Source of the DNA: an uncultured delta proteobacterium
Lineage (GTDB): Bacteria > Myxococcota_A > Polyangia > Fen-1088
Length of the DNA stretch: 64,000 nt
Assembly: GCA_963737265.1 (NCBI GenBank)
Contig: CAVTRY010000007.1
Span: 128,001-192,000, forward strand
Direction: 5' to 3'
The translations under genes and the position numbers were made by a program. Shown here one piece after another: positions 19,796 to 32,391 of the stretch. The notes under the pieces are model-generated. The model saw only the letters and a list, made by a program, of their open reading frames with translations, was not told the origin of the DNA and made no database searches. Within the stretch, counting starts at the first letter, position 1. Every line of letters starts with the position of its first letter.

Positions 19796-21349
19796 ATGCT
19801 CGAATTCGACGAACCAAGTCTGGGGCCAAAAATCAAGGTGGTGGGTGTGGGCGGCGGCGGCGGAAACGCAGTCAACACCATGATCGAGGCAGGCATCCAA
19901 GGAGTGGATTTCGTGGCCGCCAACACCGACTGCCAAGTGCTGGAGACCAATCAAGCGCCGACCAAGATTCAGATCGGCAAGGGCCTGACCAAGGGGCTCG
20001 GGGCTGGCGCCAACCCGGACATCGGGTGCGCGGCCGCGCTTGAGGACGCCCAGCGCATTGGCGAGGTGATCGCGGGCGCCGACATGGTTTTCGTTACCGC
20101 TGGCATGGGCGGCGGCACCGGTACCGGCGCGGCGCCGGTGATCGCGCGCGCTGCCCGCGAAATGGGCGCCCTCACCGTCGGTGTGGTCACCAAGCCCTTC
20201 ATGTTCGAGGGTCTTCAGCGCAAGAAGAAGGCCACCGCGGGCATCGCCGAGCTGTCCAAGTCCGTCGACGCGCTTATCGTGATTCCCAACGACCGACTCA
20301 TCGGTCTGGCGGGGAAAAATCTCACCCTGCGCGAATCCTTCAACATGGTCGACAGCGTGTGCCTGACCGCCGTACGTGGCATCAGCGACCTGGTTATGGT
20401 TCCCGGCCTCATCAACGTCGACTTCGCCGACGTGCGATCGATCATGACGGGCATGGGCCGCGCGCTCATGGGGTCGGGCTTTGGCAAAGGCGAGCGACGC
20501 GCGCTCAACGCCGCGCAGATGGCCATCACGTCGCCACTGCTCGAAGACGTTTCGATCAACGGCGCGACCGGCATCTTGGTCAACATCACGGGTGGTCCCG
20601 ATCTGATGTTGTCCGAGGTCAACGAGGCGTGCAGTCTGGTGCATGAGGCCGCCGATCCCGACGCCAACATCATTTTTGGTTCGGTGATCGATCCCAACCT
20701 AACCGACGAGGTCCGCATTACCGTGATTGCCACCGGCTTCCAGAGTCGCATGGCGGTCGAGGCATCCACGTCCTCGGGCAACGCGCGCCCACCGGTAAGG
20801 AAGGCCGCCGAGCATCAAATGACGTTGCCCATGCACAGCCAAGCCGCGCCTACATTTGCTCCGCGGCCGGTGGAAATGCCGATTCAGCCGCACGCGATGG
20901 CCTTTTCGCGCGAAGGCGGAATGGCTTTGCCGGCGGCTCCAGTCTCTGCCAGCGCCGTGACCCCGATTTCGCAACCGGCCGACACGATGGACACGGAAGT
21001 GACCATCGATGAGTCCGATTCCTTCCTCTATCCGCCCTTGCCGTCGCTGATGTCGGCCGCGACGACGCCAGCGCCGCTTTACGCAACGTCGGCACCGGCG
21101 GTGGCTGCGGAGCGTTTCGCCCCGCCGTCGGACTCGCGCCCCGTGATTCGTCCGGCCGTGGCTTCGCCCATCGCCGCCGCATCTGCCACCAGCAGCGCTC
21201 GCCGCGTGACCAGCCATATGCAACCGGGATTGGCAGCCGCTCACCTCGGCATCGAGGAAAGCGAATTCGACAAACCGACCTACCTGCGCCGCGCGCTCGC
21301 GGGTGAAGGCGGCCTCGGCACGCGCTTGCCTGGCGACGGCAAGGCTTAG
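19796..21349 (+). CDS. ftsZ: Cell division protein FtsZ with long Pro/Ala linker
   Basis: [27 protein letters not shown]-terminal peptide FDKPTYLRR. Confidence 0.97.
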   Translation: MLEFDEPSLGPKIKVVGVGGGGGNAVNTMIEAGIQGVDFVAANTDCQVLETNQAPTKIQIGKGLTKGLGAGANPDIGCAAALEDAQRIGEVIAGADMVFVTAGMGGGTGTGAAPVIARAAREMGALTVGVVTKPFMFEGLQRKKKATAGIAELSKSVDALIVIPNDRLIGLAGKNLTLRESFNMVDSVCLTAVRGISDLVMVPGLINVDFADVRSIMTGMGRALMGSGFGKGERRALNAAQMAITSPLLEDVSINGATGILVNITGGPDLMLSEVNEACSLVHEAADPDANIIFGSVIDPNLTDEVRITVIATGFQSRMAVEASTSSGNARPPVRKAAEHQMTLPMHSQAAPTFAPRPVEMPIQPHAMAFSREGGMALPAAPVSASAVTPISQPADTMDTEVTIDESDSFLYPPLPSLMSAATTPAPLYATSAPAVAAERFAPPSDSRPVIRPAVASPIAAASATSSARRVTSHMQPGLAAAHLGIEESEFDKPTYLRRALAGEGGLGTRLPGDGKA

Positions 21350-21374
21350 GCGAGTCGGGCGCCAGGAGGCCGAC

Positions 21375-21863
21375 GTGGCACGCGGAGGCGGGCGCAAGAG
21401 TCGAACGGACGCGAACAAGTTTCTCGCGCAAAATCGCAAGGCACGTCACACCTACGCCATCGACGAAACCTGCGAGGCAGGGCTGGCGCTGGTCGGCTCC
21501 GAAGTGAAATCGATCCGCGACGGCAAGGTGGCGCTCGTCGATGCCTACGCGGTCATCGAGGGGGGCGAAGCGTGGCTGTGCGAGCTCGACATCGGCGTCT
21601 ATGCCTTTGCCCACGCTCGCAACCATGACCCGCGCCGGCGGCGCAAACTTTTGCTCCATCGAGCTGAAATCGATCGTCTGGCCGACAAGGTGCGCGAGAA
21701 GGGGCTGACGCTGGTGCCGCTGTCACTGTATGAAAAGGACGGACGAGTCAAGGTGGACCTGGCGCTGGTGCATGGCAAGCAGGAATTCGATCGGCGCGAT
21801 GACGTGAAGAAGCGCGAAGCTCAACGCGAGATCGATCGCGGAATGGCCAGCCGGCGTAGGTAG
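21375..21863 (+). CDS. smpB: SsrA-binding protein
   Basis: NRKARHTY, GSEVKSIR, RRRKLLLH, LVPLSLY; GTG start after AGGAGG. Confidence 0.95.
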   Translation: MARGGGRKSRTDANKFLAQNRKARHTYAIDETCEAGLALVGSEVKSIRDGKVALVDAYAVIEGGEAWLCELDIGVYAFAHARNHDPRRRRKLLLHRAEIDRLADKVREKGLTLVPLSLYEKDGRVKVDLALVHGKQEFDRRDDVKKREAQREIDRGMASRRR

Positions 21864-22055
21864 TCGTGTCATGAGGTTCAGGTTTCAGGCCAAAGTGCAG
21901 GCGCGCGAGTCGGCATGATGTACGCCGAAGATTGCGATCTCCATGCTGCACGATACGGCGACCATTTTCCATCCATCGAGACGGTGATCGCCGCTCTCGA
22001 CCAGACAACCTGGAGCCATGGAGACTGCAGCCTTGGGTTGCGGGTGAAGCCCGCG

Positions 22056-22766
22056 CTACGGATGTGCCGCGGGCGCGCCGGCTTGGCCCAAGGGTTCCTC
22101 CATCCTGTCGATTTGGTCAAGCAAGACTTGGCCAGTGAGAAGACTGGCACGGAGGTGCTCACCGGTGGCGATGCTAATTTCCGGATCCGCGAGCGGACCT
22201 TTGACCACGACCGAGCCATCGAGCACCCAGACCTCCATGGATTGCTCGGTTGGGGTCCACGCGATATCGAACGTGGAGCCCGCGACCGCGACAAGGTAAG
22301 GACCCGCATCCACGACCCAGCGTGCCCCTTTGGTCCGTACGAATCGCGTGTGAAGCTCGCCGCGTTCAAGGTGCACGTGCGCGCCGTGGTCGTCGATGTC
22401 GGTAACGCTGGCGCGAGCGCTTGGTTGCAGCGCCACGAAGGAACCGTCGGAGAAATCGATACGCCCTGCCGTCCGAGGATCGTCGGCGCCTTCGGCGGAC
22501 GTGCCGTCTCCAGTCGCTCTGAACGACAGGTGTCGGGTTCGGTGCACGAGGCCCACCGCGATTGTCGCCAAAACCACCGCGGCGGCGAAGCTCAGACCGA
22601 GAACGAACCAGCGCAGGCGCGGATTCCGCGTGGGCGCGTGCATGCCCTTGGCCAAGCGGTCGAAGACTTCATTTTCGTGGGATGAGAGGCCGTCGGTGAA
22701 CGTCGCTTGTGCCAGCTTTACCAGTCGGTCGACGGACTCGCTGGTGGCTGAACGATTGTCGGTCAA
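22056..22766 (-). CDS. FecR-domain anti-sigma-like membrane protein
   Basis: TTG start overlapping the sigma stop; TM helix then FSDGSFVAL...LERG...VAGSTF...VLDGSV FecR pattern. Confidence 0.75.
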   Translation of the reverse strand: MTDNRSATSESVDRLVKLAQATFTDGLSSHENEVFDRLAKGMHAPTRNPRLRWFVLGLSFAAAVVLATIAVGLVHRTRHLSFRATGDGTSAEGADDPRTAGRIDFSDGSFVALQPSARASVTDIDDHGAHVHLERGELHTRFVRTKGARWVVDAGPYLVAVAGSTFDIAWTPTEQSMEVWVLDGSVVVKGPLADPEISIATGEHLRASLLTGQVLLDQIDRMEEPLGQAGAPAAHP

Positions 22767-23449
22767 GCGCCTTCCTTGTCGATTCCCGACAGGTAGTCGA
22801 CCAACGCCCCATCCTGTCCAACCCGATGTTCGACCTGCCCGCGGGCGCGGGCCATCTTTCTCTCGGCCGCGGCGAGCGACAGATCGAGGGCCGCCGCCAC
22901 TTCGCCGAGCTCCAAGCCCACGAGAAAACACAGCACAAAAGCGATACGGTCTCCGGCACTCACATCGCTCAGGATGTCATAGAAGCGCGCCAGGGCCCGG
23001 CGCTGCCCTGGATCGGAAAGCCGACCGCGGGCGCTTCGGCCAAGGTTGCGGCCCGCATCCAAGCGCAGCCAACGCCGAATCCGGCATCGGCGCAGCTCGC
23101 GGAGAATGGTATGAACGGTCACTGAAATGACAAGGGCCTCCAGCGAACTCGGCTCGCGCAGCTTGGCCGCCCGCTTGAACACCTTGGCGAAAATCTTCTC
23201 CGCCAAGCCCTCCACATCGGTTGGACGGCCGAGCGATCGCCGCAGGATGAGGTAAACCGGCCCAGCGAAACGCTGCCAAATGACGCGCGGTGCCCGCAGA
23301 TCGCCGGCCCTGAGCGCGTCGACCAGGGCATCGTCATCGGCCTCGATGAGATCCGTGGCGGGCAACACCAAGATTTTGGCGTCGTGCTGTATTTGGGTCA
23401 TCGTGTCGGCGCGCATCGGTTCCTCGCCACTGTGCTCTAAAGCACTCAT
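22763..23449 (-). CDS. ECF-type RNA polymerase sigma factor (divergent)
   Basis: DDALVDALRAGD, region 4-like DRIAFVLCFLVGLELGEVAAALDLS; coupled to FecR gene. Confidence 0.75.
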   Translation of the reverse strand: MSALEHSGEEPMRADTMTQIQHDAKILVLPATDLIEADDDALVDALRAGDLRAPRVIWQRFAGPVYLILRRSLGRPTDVEGLAEKIFAKVFKRAAKLREPSSLEALVISVTVHTILRELRRCRIRRWLRLDAGRNLGRSARGRLSDPGQRRALARFYDILSDVSAGDRIAFVLCFLVGLELGEVAAALDLSLAAAERKMARARGQVEHRVGQDGALVDYLSGIDKEGA

Positions 23450-23557
23450 CGGCTCGCTGAATGCAATGTCTCGGCTGGCCCAAAACCTTCAACGACGCGT
23501 CGCATATACGTGCTACGCGCGGTGCGAGAGCTGGTCCACAAACCGGGCCCGAACGCC

Positions 23558-24349
23558 CTACAGCGGTTCGAGGCGCGCGCAGACAACGGTGATGTTGTCG
23601 ATGCCGCCGTTGCTGTTAGCCGACGAGATGAGCCGCTCGCAAAGCTTGTCGAGGTCGCCTTCTTCCACCGCGAGGGCGGCGATATCGGCGTCCGACACCA
23701 TGCCGGATAGGCCGTCGGAACAAAGCACGTAGAGGTCGCCGAGGCGCGGCTGTTCGACGATGACGTCTACCTCGATCGAGGCTTTCATGCCGAGGGCACG
23801 CACGATGACGTTCTTGTGCGGGAAGCTGGCGATTTCGTCCTGCGACAGCCGCTTCATCTTCACGTAGTCGTTGAGCAGCGAATGATCCTCGGTGATCTGC
23901 TCGATCGCGCCTTCGCGGATGCGGTAGAGCCGGCTGTCGCCCACGTGGCAGATGATGAGCACATCGTCGAGAAAAAGCGCCGACACCACGGTGGTACCCA
24001 TGCCGCGGCACTCGGGCTTGCGCTCGGCCTCATCGAAGATGCGCTGGTTGGCAAGCTTGACAGCCGTGACCATGCGGTTGAGGTCGTGGTTGTGGCCGCG
24101 ATCCACCTTGAACGGCCAGGTGAGCTGCTGTTCGCCTTCGGTTTCGCGTAAGTAGCCCACGATGGACTCGACCGCGATGCGGCTGGCGACTTCCCCCGAG
24201 GCGTGGCCGCCCATGCCGTCGGCCACGATGGCCAGGCGCTCGTTCACCGGAAGGTAGAACGAGTCTTCGTTGTGGTCGCGCTTTATGCCGACGTTGGTAT
24301 CGCCTGAAAAGCGGACGCGTTTTCCGTCCATGGGGAAAGACGTGCTCAT
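23558..24349 (-). CDS. PP2C-family Ser/Thr phosphatase (Stp1/Pph1-like)
   Basis: RDHNEDS, VADGMGGH, HVGDSR, CSDGL, GGIDNIT. Confidence 0.95.
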   Translation of the reverse strand: MSTSFPMDGKRVRFSGDTNVGIKRDHNEDSFYLPVNERLAIVADGMGGHASGEVASRIAVESIVGYLRETEGEQQLTWPFKVDRGHNHDLNRMVTAVKLANQRIFDEAERKPECRGMGTTVVSALFLDDVLIICHVGDSRLYRIREGAIEQITEDHSLLNDYVKMKRLSQDEIASFPHKNVIVRALGMKASIEVDVIVEQPRLGDLYVLCSDGLSGMVSDADIAALAVEEGDLDKLCERLISSANSNGGIDNITVVCARLEPL

Positions 24350-24412
24350 GGCCTGCTCATGAAAGATCCAATGGTAGCGTTGAGTCGTCGGTGGTTTCAA
24401 CAACCCTTTCGC

Positions 24413-25351
24413 CTAGCAACCCTTAGGCCGGACGATTTCCAGGGCTGGGCCGACCTCGACCGTGACGGTGCCCTGCGCCGAGTAGAGATCCCCATCCAGG
24501 GTGTAAAGCGTTTCCGGCGCCTCGGGTTCGATAACAAGCCGGTCGGCGACGAAGCCCGTGGCGCGTTTGGGTGAAAGGCCGCGGCCCAGCAGGACGTCGA
24601 CCACGTCGAGCAACAGCGAAAGCGGCCCACCGTGAATCGCCACGCCTCCCATTCGCTCCGGGTCGTCGTCGGCGCGGTGGTTTAGCTTAAAGCGGAAACC
24701 GATCTCCGAGACCGTGCCCACTCCGATGCCGGTCCAGTCCGTCCGCTTGAGAGATGTCCCGTCGATGTGCACCCGGCCGCGGAAGCGGCGGAAGATACGG
24801 CGTGCGTAGCGGCGCGCGGTGAGGAGCGAAAGCAGGGTGCGAAAGACGATCCACGCTGCGCGCCAGACGCCGTAGCTACCGCGGGCGTAGTACTCCTCGA
24901 GAAAATTCGTCAAGAGGCCATTGCCGAAAATGAAGCCATAGTCGCTTCCAATCCGCAAGCAGTGGCGGCGAAGGGTGGTGGGGATGGCGCCCGCGCGATG
25001 GCTGGCAGCCAGCTCGGCGAGCAGATTCTCCGGCCTGACTCGGATGCCAAGCGACGAAGCCACCACATTCATGGTGCCCCCAGGAAGGATCGCGACGGGG
25101 GGCAAGGGGCGCGTTTCATACGCTGCCACGAGCGCCGAGAGCGTCCGTTGAAGTGTCCCGTCGCCCCCATGAATGCCAATCACCGAAGGCAACTCCGCGG
25201 CTGCCCGACGAGCTTCCGCGGCCAACAATTCGAGGCTGGCCGGCGCGGCGACGCGCCCACTTTCGCCCAGGATGCGCGCAAATCGGTCGGCGCAGCCCGG
25301 ATCCTTGCGGTTGGCTCGGGAGCCGGGATTGACAAAAACCAACACAGCCAC
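24413..25351 (-). CDS. Diacylglycerol/lipid kinase family protein
   Basis: VNPGS, GGDGT, LPGGTMN, YTLDGD. Confidence 0.88.
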   Translation of the reverse strand: MAVLVFVNPGSRANRKDPGCADRFARILGESGRVAAPASLELLAAEARRAAAELPSVIGIHGGDGTLQRTLSALVAAYETRPLPPVAILPGGTMNVVASSLGIRVRPENLLAELAASHRAGAIPTTLRRHCLRIGSDYGFIFGNGLLTNFLEEYYARGSYGVWRAAWIVFRTLLSLLTARRYARRIFRRFRGRVHIDGTSLKRTDWTGIGVGTVSEIGFRFKLNHRADDDPERMGGVAIHGGPLSLLLDVVDVLLGRGLSPKRATGFVADRLVIEPEAPETLYTLDGDLYSAQGTVTVEVGPALEIVRPKGC

Positions 25352-25447
25352 GAGGGTGCTACTTTACACGATGACCATGAGCGCAGCATTTGTGTTGACA
25401 CGACTGGGATTGCGGCCAATACATGCCCCGAGTCTACGGCGTAACCG

Positions 25448-27268
25448 GTGGATAGTTCCAACGTGTCAGAGAACAACATAAAACAGGCGGCCGTTCAGGG
25501 AACGTTGAAGGAGCGGCCACTGCCTCGGCTGCTGCAGCAGCTCTACCGGAAGAAGTTCACCGGCCATTTCGTCGTCGTGGACCGGACGCGCGACGAGAGC
25601 GAGGTCTACCTGCGCGAGGGCGCGCCGGTGCATGTGCATCGCCCGGTGGACACCGATCGTCTCGACAATCTGCTGGTGGAATTCGGCGTGGTATCGGCCG
25701 AGGTGGTGGCCGAGGCCAGCATCCAAGTGAGCGAGAGCCAGCGCTTGGGAGACGTGTTGGAACGTAGGGGCGCGCTCGACCGGCAGAAGCTCGCCAACGT
25801 CCTCAAGATGCAGGTGATGCGCAAGCTGACCCGATTGTTCTTCGTCGCCGAGGGGAGCTACGCCGTATTCGTGGTTCCTCACGCCTATGGCGAAGGGGAC
25901 GATTTTGCGCTGATGCGGGTCGATCCACGCAGCGTGATCTTTCCTGGCATTCGCGCCGCGTACGATCTGCCGCGGGTCACGCAGGAACTGGCGCGTCTCG
26001 TGGGTCAACGCTTTCGGTTGGCTGACATTTCCCCCGGCTTTGTCGCGGCCATGGGCATTCCCGCGGACGATCGGATCGTCGAAGCCCTGCGCCAGGGCTG
26101 GATGACCCTCGACGACTTGGATTCCATCACCGCGCGGCCGCTCGAGATTCGTTCGGTCGTGCTGGCGCTGTATTACACCGACTCGCTCGCCCGCGAACCG
26201 ATCGGCCAGGCCGATGCTGATTCCGCCGTTCCGTCGGCCGTGCTCCCGCCCTCTTCTTTCGACCCCGGCCAGCCGTTCCGACTTCCCGGTGATTCCGGAC
26301 CAACCCCGCAGGCCGCGAAAGATGCGTCCCCAAACGTTCCTCCTCGACCGACGCGGAAATCGCCGCCTTTCTCTGCGGGCCCAGGCGTTCCCATCGTGCA
26401 TGCTCTCTTTGCCAGTGGTGCGCGGCCGGCGATGGCGTCCGCGTCGGCGCCACCACCCAAAGCGACAGGCGCTGCGCCAGCCGGCCAGATCCATGCACCC
26501 GATTCCGCCCTACGCGCGAGCATTCAGGACATGGCGCAGAGGCTTGGCCGGCTCAACCATTTTGAGCTTCTCGGCGTATCGCCTAGCGCGAGCGCCGGCG
26601 AGATCAGCACGGCCTTCGTTAGAGCCGCGCGCCAGTTTCACCCGGATCGGTTGGCCGGCGCGGGACTGCGGGACCTCTATCCGCTGGCCGAAAAGATCCT
26701 GGCGCGCATCAATGAAGCCGCCATGGTGCTGGGCGATGCTACTCGGCGGGCGGAGTATGTCGCCCTGCTATCCGCTGGCCCGCAGGCCGCGCGGACCAAC
26801 TTGCCGACGGTGATGGAAGCGGAAAACACGTTTTTGAAAGGCGAGGTCTTTCTCAAGAAGGGTGACCATGCCAAGGCCATCGAGTGTTTCGCCGCCGCCG
26901 CCCAGGGCAATGCGAGCGAGCCACAGTATCGCGCCTATCTGGCCTGGGCGCGTTTCGACGATCCGCGGGCGCGCAAGGATCTCGTCGCACGCGAGACGCT
27001 GAGTGTTTTGGAAGGCGTGCTGCGCGAGCGGCCGAACTTCGCGCGCGGCCACTATTGGGTCGGGCAGCTTTGGAAGTTCCTTAACGAAAGCGACAGGGCC
27101 GCGCACGCTTTCCGCCAAACTGTGGATCTCGACAGCTCGTTCATCGATGCCAGTCGCGAATTGCGCCTCCTCGAAATGCGCAAGAGCAAACCGGTACTGG
27201 CCAGACCCGGAGCAAAGCCCGAGCCGCCGCGCGGAGGCGGGCTCATGGGCAAGTTCTTCAAGAAGTAA
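25448..27268 (+). CDS. DUF4388-like / DnaJ / TPR multidomain protein
   Basis: GTLKERPLPRLL N-terminus, J-domain NHFELLGV...FHPDR, C-terminal TPR helices. Confidence 0.8.
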   Translation: MDSSNVSENNIKQAAVQGTLKERPLPRLLQQLYRKKFTGHFVVVDRTRDESEVYLREGAPVHVHRPVDTDRLDNLLVEFGVVSAEVVAEASIQVSESQRLGDVLERRGALDRQKLANVLKMQVMRKLTRLFFVAEGSYAVFVVPHAYGEGDDFALMRVDPRSVIFPGIRAAYDLPRVTQELARLVGQRFRLADISPGFVAAMGIPADDRIVEALRQGWMTLDDLDSITARPLEIRSVVLALYYTDSLAREPIGQADADSAVPSAVLPPSSFDPGQPFRLPGDSGPTPQAAKDASPNVPPRPTRKSPPFSAGPGVPIVHALFASGARPAMASASAPPPKATGAAPAGQIHAPDSALRASIQDMAQRLGRLNHFELLGVSPSASAGEISTAFVRAARQFHPDRLAGAGLRDLYPLAEKILARINEAAMVLGDATRRAEYVALLSAGPQAARTNLPTVMEAENTFLKGEVFLKKGDHAKAIECFAAAAQGNASEPQYRAYLAWARFDDPRARKDLVARETLSVLEGVLRERPNFARGHYWVGQLWKFLNESDRAAHAFRQTVDLDSSFIDASRELRLLEMRKSKPVLARPGAKPEPPRGGGLMGKFFKK

Positions 27269-27284
27269 CGGCTGTCCGCACGCT

Positions 27285-27632
27285 CTACGTTTCGCTGTCG
27301 CCGCTGTCGCTGGCGTCGTCCGGCTCCACCGCTTCCAGGGCCTCGCCCATCTTGACGTACCAACGCTCGAAGACTTCGGTGATCTGGCGCGCCTGCTTTT
27401 CGCTCGACACATTGAACGACGATTGCTTGCGGTAGGCGCCCTTGAATTTCTTGAAGCGCACGATGGCGATTTTGGGCGCCCGGAACGTGCCCGCGGTCTT
27501 GTCCAGCTCTTGGTACAGAAACATCAGCGTCGCCCACGAACCCTTGGTCAGCACGACCTTGTCGAGCTGTTTGCGCACCAGTGTGCCTTCGTCTTCGTAG
27601 TCGTACGTCAATTCGTCGAGTGTCTCTGCCAT
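27285..27632 (-). CDS. Conserved hypothetical protein
   Basis: Clean 115-aa ORF with RBS (AGGAG); LTKGSWATLMFLYQE...YRKQSSFNVSS. Confidence 0.75.
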   Translation of the reverse strand: MAETLDELTYDYEDEGTLVRKQLDKVVLTKGSWATLMFLYQELDKTAGTFRAPKIAIVRFKKFKGAYRKQSSFNVSSEKQARQITEVFERWYVKMGEALEAVEPDDASDSGDSET

Positions 27633-27666
27633 GTCGGACTCCTAGGTGGATGCAATAGGTGGGATG

Positions 27667-28104
27667 CTACTTGTCGGATTCGTTGTCAGTTCCAGTCTTG
27701 GTCAGCGCGCGCAGACTTTCCGCGAGCGCGCGCCGGTCGTGGACCGACAAGCGGGCGAATTCGATTCCCATGCCAGCCGTGGCTTTCTTTCCGATGCCTC
27801 GGGTGACCCAGGCCACCCGTCCGTGTGCGACCGTGACCTTGCCGTCGCCGACCGGGATCTCGAGGGTCAGATCCTCGCCGACCTCGAACAGCAAGTCCGA
27901 ACGCAGAAAGAGGCCGCCTTCGGACAGATCGGTCGTGTCCAAGCGCACACCGGCCTGGATCTTGTTTCCCGCAGCGCGCACGACCACGGGGATCAGCGCA
28001 TTCTTGCGATCGAATTTCCTCACTTCGCGAACGTTGCGCGCTTTGCGGACGTTGCCGTTGCCCGCACCGCGGCCCGCGCTGCTCGGGCGCGAGGGAGCGG
28101 TCAC
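27667..28104 (-). CDS. PilZ-domain protein
   Basis: RKFDR and DLSEGG c-di-GMP motifs, GRVAW, GMGIEF; GTG start overlaps the upstream stop. Confidence 0.88.
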   Translation of the reverse strand: MTAPSRPSSAGRGAGNGNVRKARNVREVRKFDRKNALIPVVVRAAGNKIQAGVRLDTTDLSEGGLFLRSDLLFEVGEDLTLEIPVGDGKVTVAHGRVAWVTRGIGKKATAGMGIEFARLSVHDRRALAESLRALTKTGTDNESDK

Positions 28105-29006
28105 GGACGAAGTTCCAGCACCGCCGACGAGCGGACCTCGAACGAGACGCGGGTGGTCTCGCCGCCAACTTGTGCCAGCCGGTTTTCGCGCCACACAGCT
28201 TCGAAGGAAACCGGAACGGAGCCAGCATTGGCCACGAGCTTGGCGAGAAGATCGTGCGGAACAACGACCCAGCCGCCCGAGGATACGGCGCAGGCAAGCG
28301 CCGAAGGCGCGCCGAAGGGCCGAATTTCGAGAAAGGTCTTGGGCGGCCCGGACACGCGCAGGACGAGGTCGCCCTTCGTTTCGATCGGGGCTCGACCGCC
28401 GAGCGGCGTCTCGCTGCTGTCGGAGACCGACGGCGCGCGCGACAATGTGAGCCTGAGCGTCGCGTGACCGCCGGTGCTGCCGGGAACCAGCAGGGTGAGG
28501 GTTTGAGGAACTTGGCTCAAGTCAAGCGGTCCGGCTTCGGCGATGACCCCGCTAACCACGTCGGCGAGCGGAGGATAAACCCGCGGTGCGGGGCGTAGCG
28601 CTTGCTCGGCTTCAACCACTAGCGACACGCCGCCGAGCTCTTGCAGGTTCAGCATCCCGCCCTGCGCGCGCACCATGCGCGCCGTTCCTGCGACGTCGCG
28701 CAGCTCGCAGGCGGTTTCCGGCGAGGGCGCAACCAAGGGATCCACGGCGCCCAAAATATCGGTCAAAGCCATGTCGATGGCTTCGGCGCGGAACGCCAGC
28801 ACCGAGACTGAAGGCGCGCCGTCGGTCGGCAGATCCAGCCTGACGGAAACCTGTGACAGCCGCTGGCTGGTTACCGCCGAGGCATCCTTGGTGTGGACGC
28901 CCGAATCACAGCCAAAGCCCAAGGTCGCGCTGGCGAGAAATGCAACGAGCACGCGCCGCCTCGCGGGCGGGTCAGGCAAATTTCGGTGGCTTGCGGGGAC
29001 GAGCAT
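28101..29006 (-). CDS. Hypothetical lipoprotein
   Basis: Signal with lipobox LGFGC; long ORF coupled to the PilZ gene. Confidence 0.65.
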   Translation of the reverse strand: MLVPASHRNLPDPPARRRVLVAFLASATLGFGCDSGVHTKDASAVTSQRLSQVSVRLDLPTDGAPSVSVLAFRAEAIDMALTDILGAVDPLVAPSPETACELRDVAGTARMVRAQGGMLNLQELGGVSLVVEAEQALRPAPRVYPPLADVVSGVIAEAGPLDLSQVPQTLTLLVPGSTGGHATLRLTLSRAPSVSDSSETPLGGRAPIETKGDLVLRVSGPPKTFLEIRPFGAPSALACAVSSGGWVVVPHDLLAKLVANAGSVPVSFEAVWRENRLAQVGGETTRVSFEVRSSAVLELRP

Positions 29007-29164
29007 CAGGAAGTCCGACAGGTTGCCATTATAGTCAGAATCGCTGCGTCACGCCAGGGGTAGGCACGGGAAGATACCGGGAAGATAGCGGGAGCTCCGC
29101 GGCTGGAGCAAGCCGAGAGCAAGGCGAGGGAAAGTGGGGAGAATGATGGTAGAAAGGAGCAGCA

Positions 29165-29470
29165 ATGCCACGGATCAGTCCCCAAGAGGTGCGCGAGATC
29201 GCGGGTTTGGCTCGCGTTCGCTTCGATGACGCCGAAATCGAGCGCATGACCCATGAGCTCGACGGCATTCTGGGTTACATCGAAACCGTCAAGAACCTGG
29301 ACACGACCGACATCTTGCCCATGACTCATGCGGTACCGTTCGACTGCCCGATGCGGCCGGACGAAGTCGGACAGTCGCTCACGGTGGGCGAAGCCCTGCT
29401 AAATGCGCCTCGCCGCCGCGACGGCTTCTTCGAAGTCCCGCGCATCGTTCCTGGCACGGGAGGCGCGTAG
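29165..29470 (+). CDS. gatC: Asp/Glu-tRNA amidotransferase subunit C
   Basis: [28 protein letters not shown]; upstream of gatA. Confidence 0.93.
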   Translation: MPRISPQEVREIAGLARVRFDDAEIERMTHELDGILGYIETVKNLDTTDILPMTHAVPFDCPMRPDEVGQSLTVGEALLNAPRRRDGFFEVPRIVPGTGGA

Positions 29471-29472
29471 CC

Positions 29473-30950
29473 GTGGCCGGCGCCACGATCGATGTTCGGG
29501 GCCAGTCCATTTGCGCGCTCGCCGCAGGCGTCGCCGCGAAGACTTGGAAATCACGCGATCTGGTCGAGGCCTACTTGGATCGCGTCGCCCGGCTTGACAG
29601 GAAACTCGGTTGCTTCTTGCTGGTCGACGGCGAGGGGGCGCGCCGCAAGGCGGACGACGTCGATCGGCGAATCGCGGCGGGCCAAGCGGTGGGGCCGCTT
29701 GGTGGCGTGCCCATCGGGCTCAAGGACATCTTCGTCACGCGCGGGATTGAAACCACCGCGGGCTCGAAGATCCTCAAGGGCTTCATCCCGCCCTACGAAT
29801 CCACGGCCTCGGCGCGTTTGGCCGCGGCTGGCGCCGTCAGCCTCGGCAAGCTCAACATGGACGAATTCGCCATGGGCTCGTCGAACGAGAACAGCGCGTA
29901 CCACCCCGTGCACAACCCTTGGGATCTGGAACGAGTGCCAGGCGGCTCGTCGGGCGGCTCGGCCGCGGCGGTGGCGTCGTCGCTGTGCGCGGGCACACTT
30001 GGCACCGACACCGGCGGATCGATTCGCCAGCCGGCATCTCTTTGTGGCATCGTCGGCGTAAAACCGACCTACGGTCGCGTCTCCCGCTACGGTGTCATTG
30101 CCTTCGCTTCGTCGCTCGATCACCCCGGGCCGTTCGGCCGCACGGTCGAGGACGCCGCGGCGTTGCTGGAAGTCATCGCGGGCCACGACCCCTTCGACGC
30201 CACATCGATTCCGCAGCCTGCTGGCCGCTACCGCGAGGCGAGCAAAGCCGGCCTCGTGGGCATGCGGGTGGGCGTGCCCAAGGAATATTTTCAGGCCGGC
30301 ATGGATCCCGAGGTCGAAGCCGCCGTGCGCGCCGCGCTCGACGAGCTTGCCCGCGCGGGCGCCAAGCTGGTGCCGGTGTCGCTGCCGCACACGCAGTATG
30401 CCATCGCGACCTACTATTTGATCTGCACCGCCGAGGCGTCGTCGAACCTGGCGCGCTATGATGGCGTTCGCTACGGCCACCGCACGGCCGAGGCGGCGTC
30501 GCTGGAGGAGCTCTACGCCAAGACGCGCGGCGAGGCTTTCGGCACCGAACCCAAGCGTCGCATTGTCCTCGGCACCTATGTCTTGCGCGCCGGCTACTAC
30601 GAGGCCTATTACGGCAAAGCCCTGCGCGTGCGGCGCCTGATTGCGAACGACTTCACCGCGGCTTTCGCCGAGTGTGATGTGATGGTGACGCCGACGTCGC
30701 CCACGCCGGCCTTCAAGCTCGGCGAGCGCGCGGCCGATCCGCTGCAAATGTATTTGGCCGACATCTACACCGTGGCGCCGCCGCTGGCCGGCGTTCCGGC
30801 GCTGTCGCAGTGCTGTGGTTTCACGCGCGCGGGCTTGCCGATTGGCTTGCAGACCATCGGTCCGCCGCTCGGAGAAGAAGCCATGTTCCGCCTCGCCGGC
30901 GCGTACGAAGCGCGCACCGACTGGCACCAGCGTTTGCCCCAGGATCCGGC

Positions 30951-30954
<4 letters not shown>
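29473..30954 (+). CDS. gatA: Asp/Glu-tRNA amidotransferase subunit A
   Basis: [33 protein letters not shown]. Confidence 0.97.
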
Positions 30955-32381
<1,427 letters not shown>

Positions 32382-32391
32382 AACGCTGCGA

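Noticed and set aside
21864-22055. tmRNA downstream of smpB
   Set aside because: No tRNA-Ala-like ends or tag reading frame recognisable
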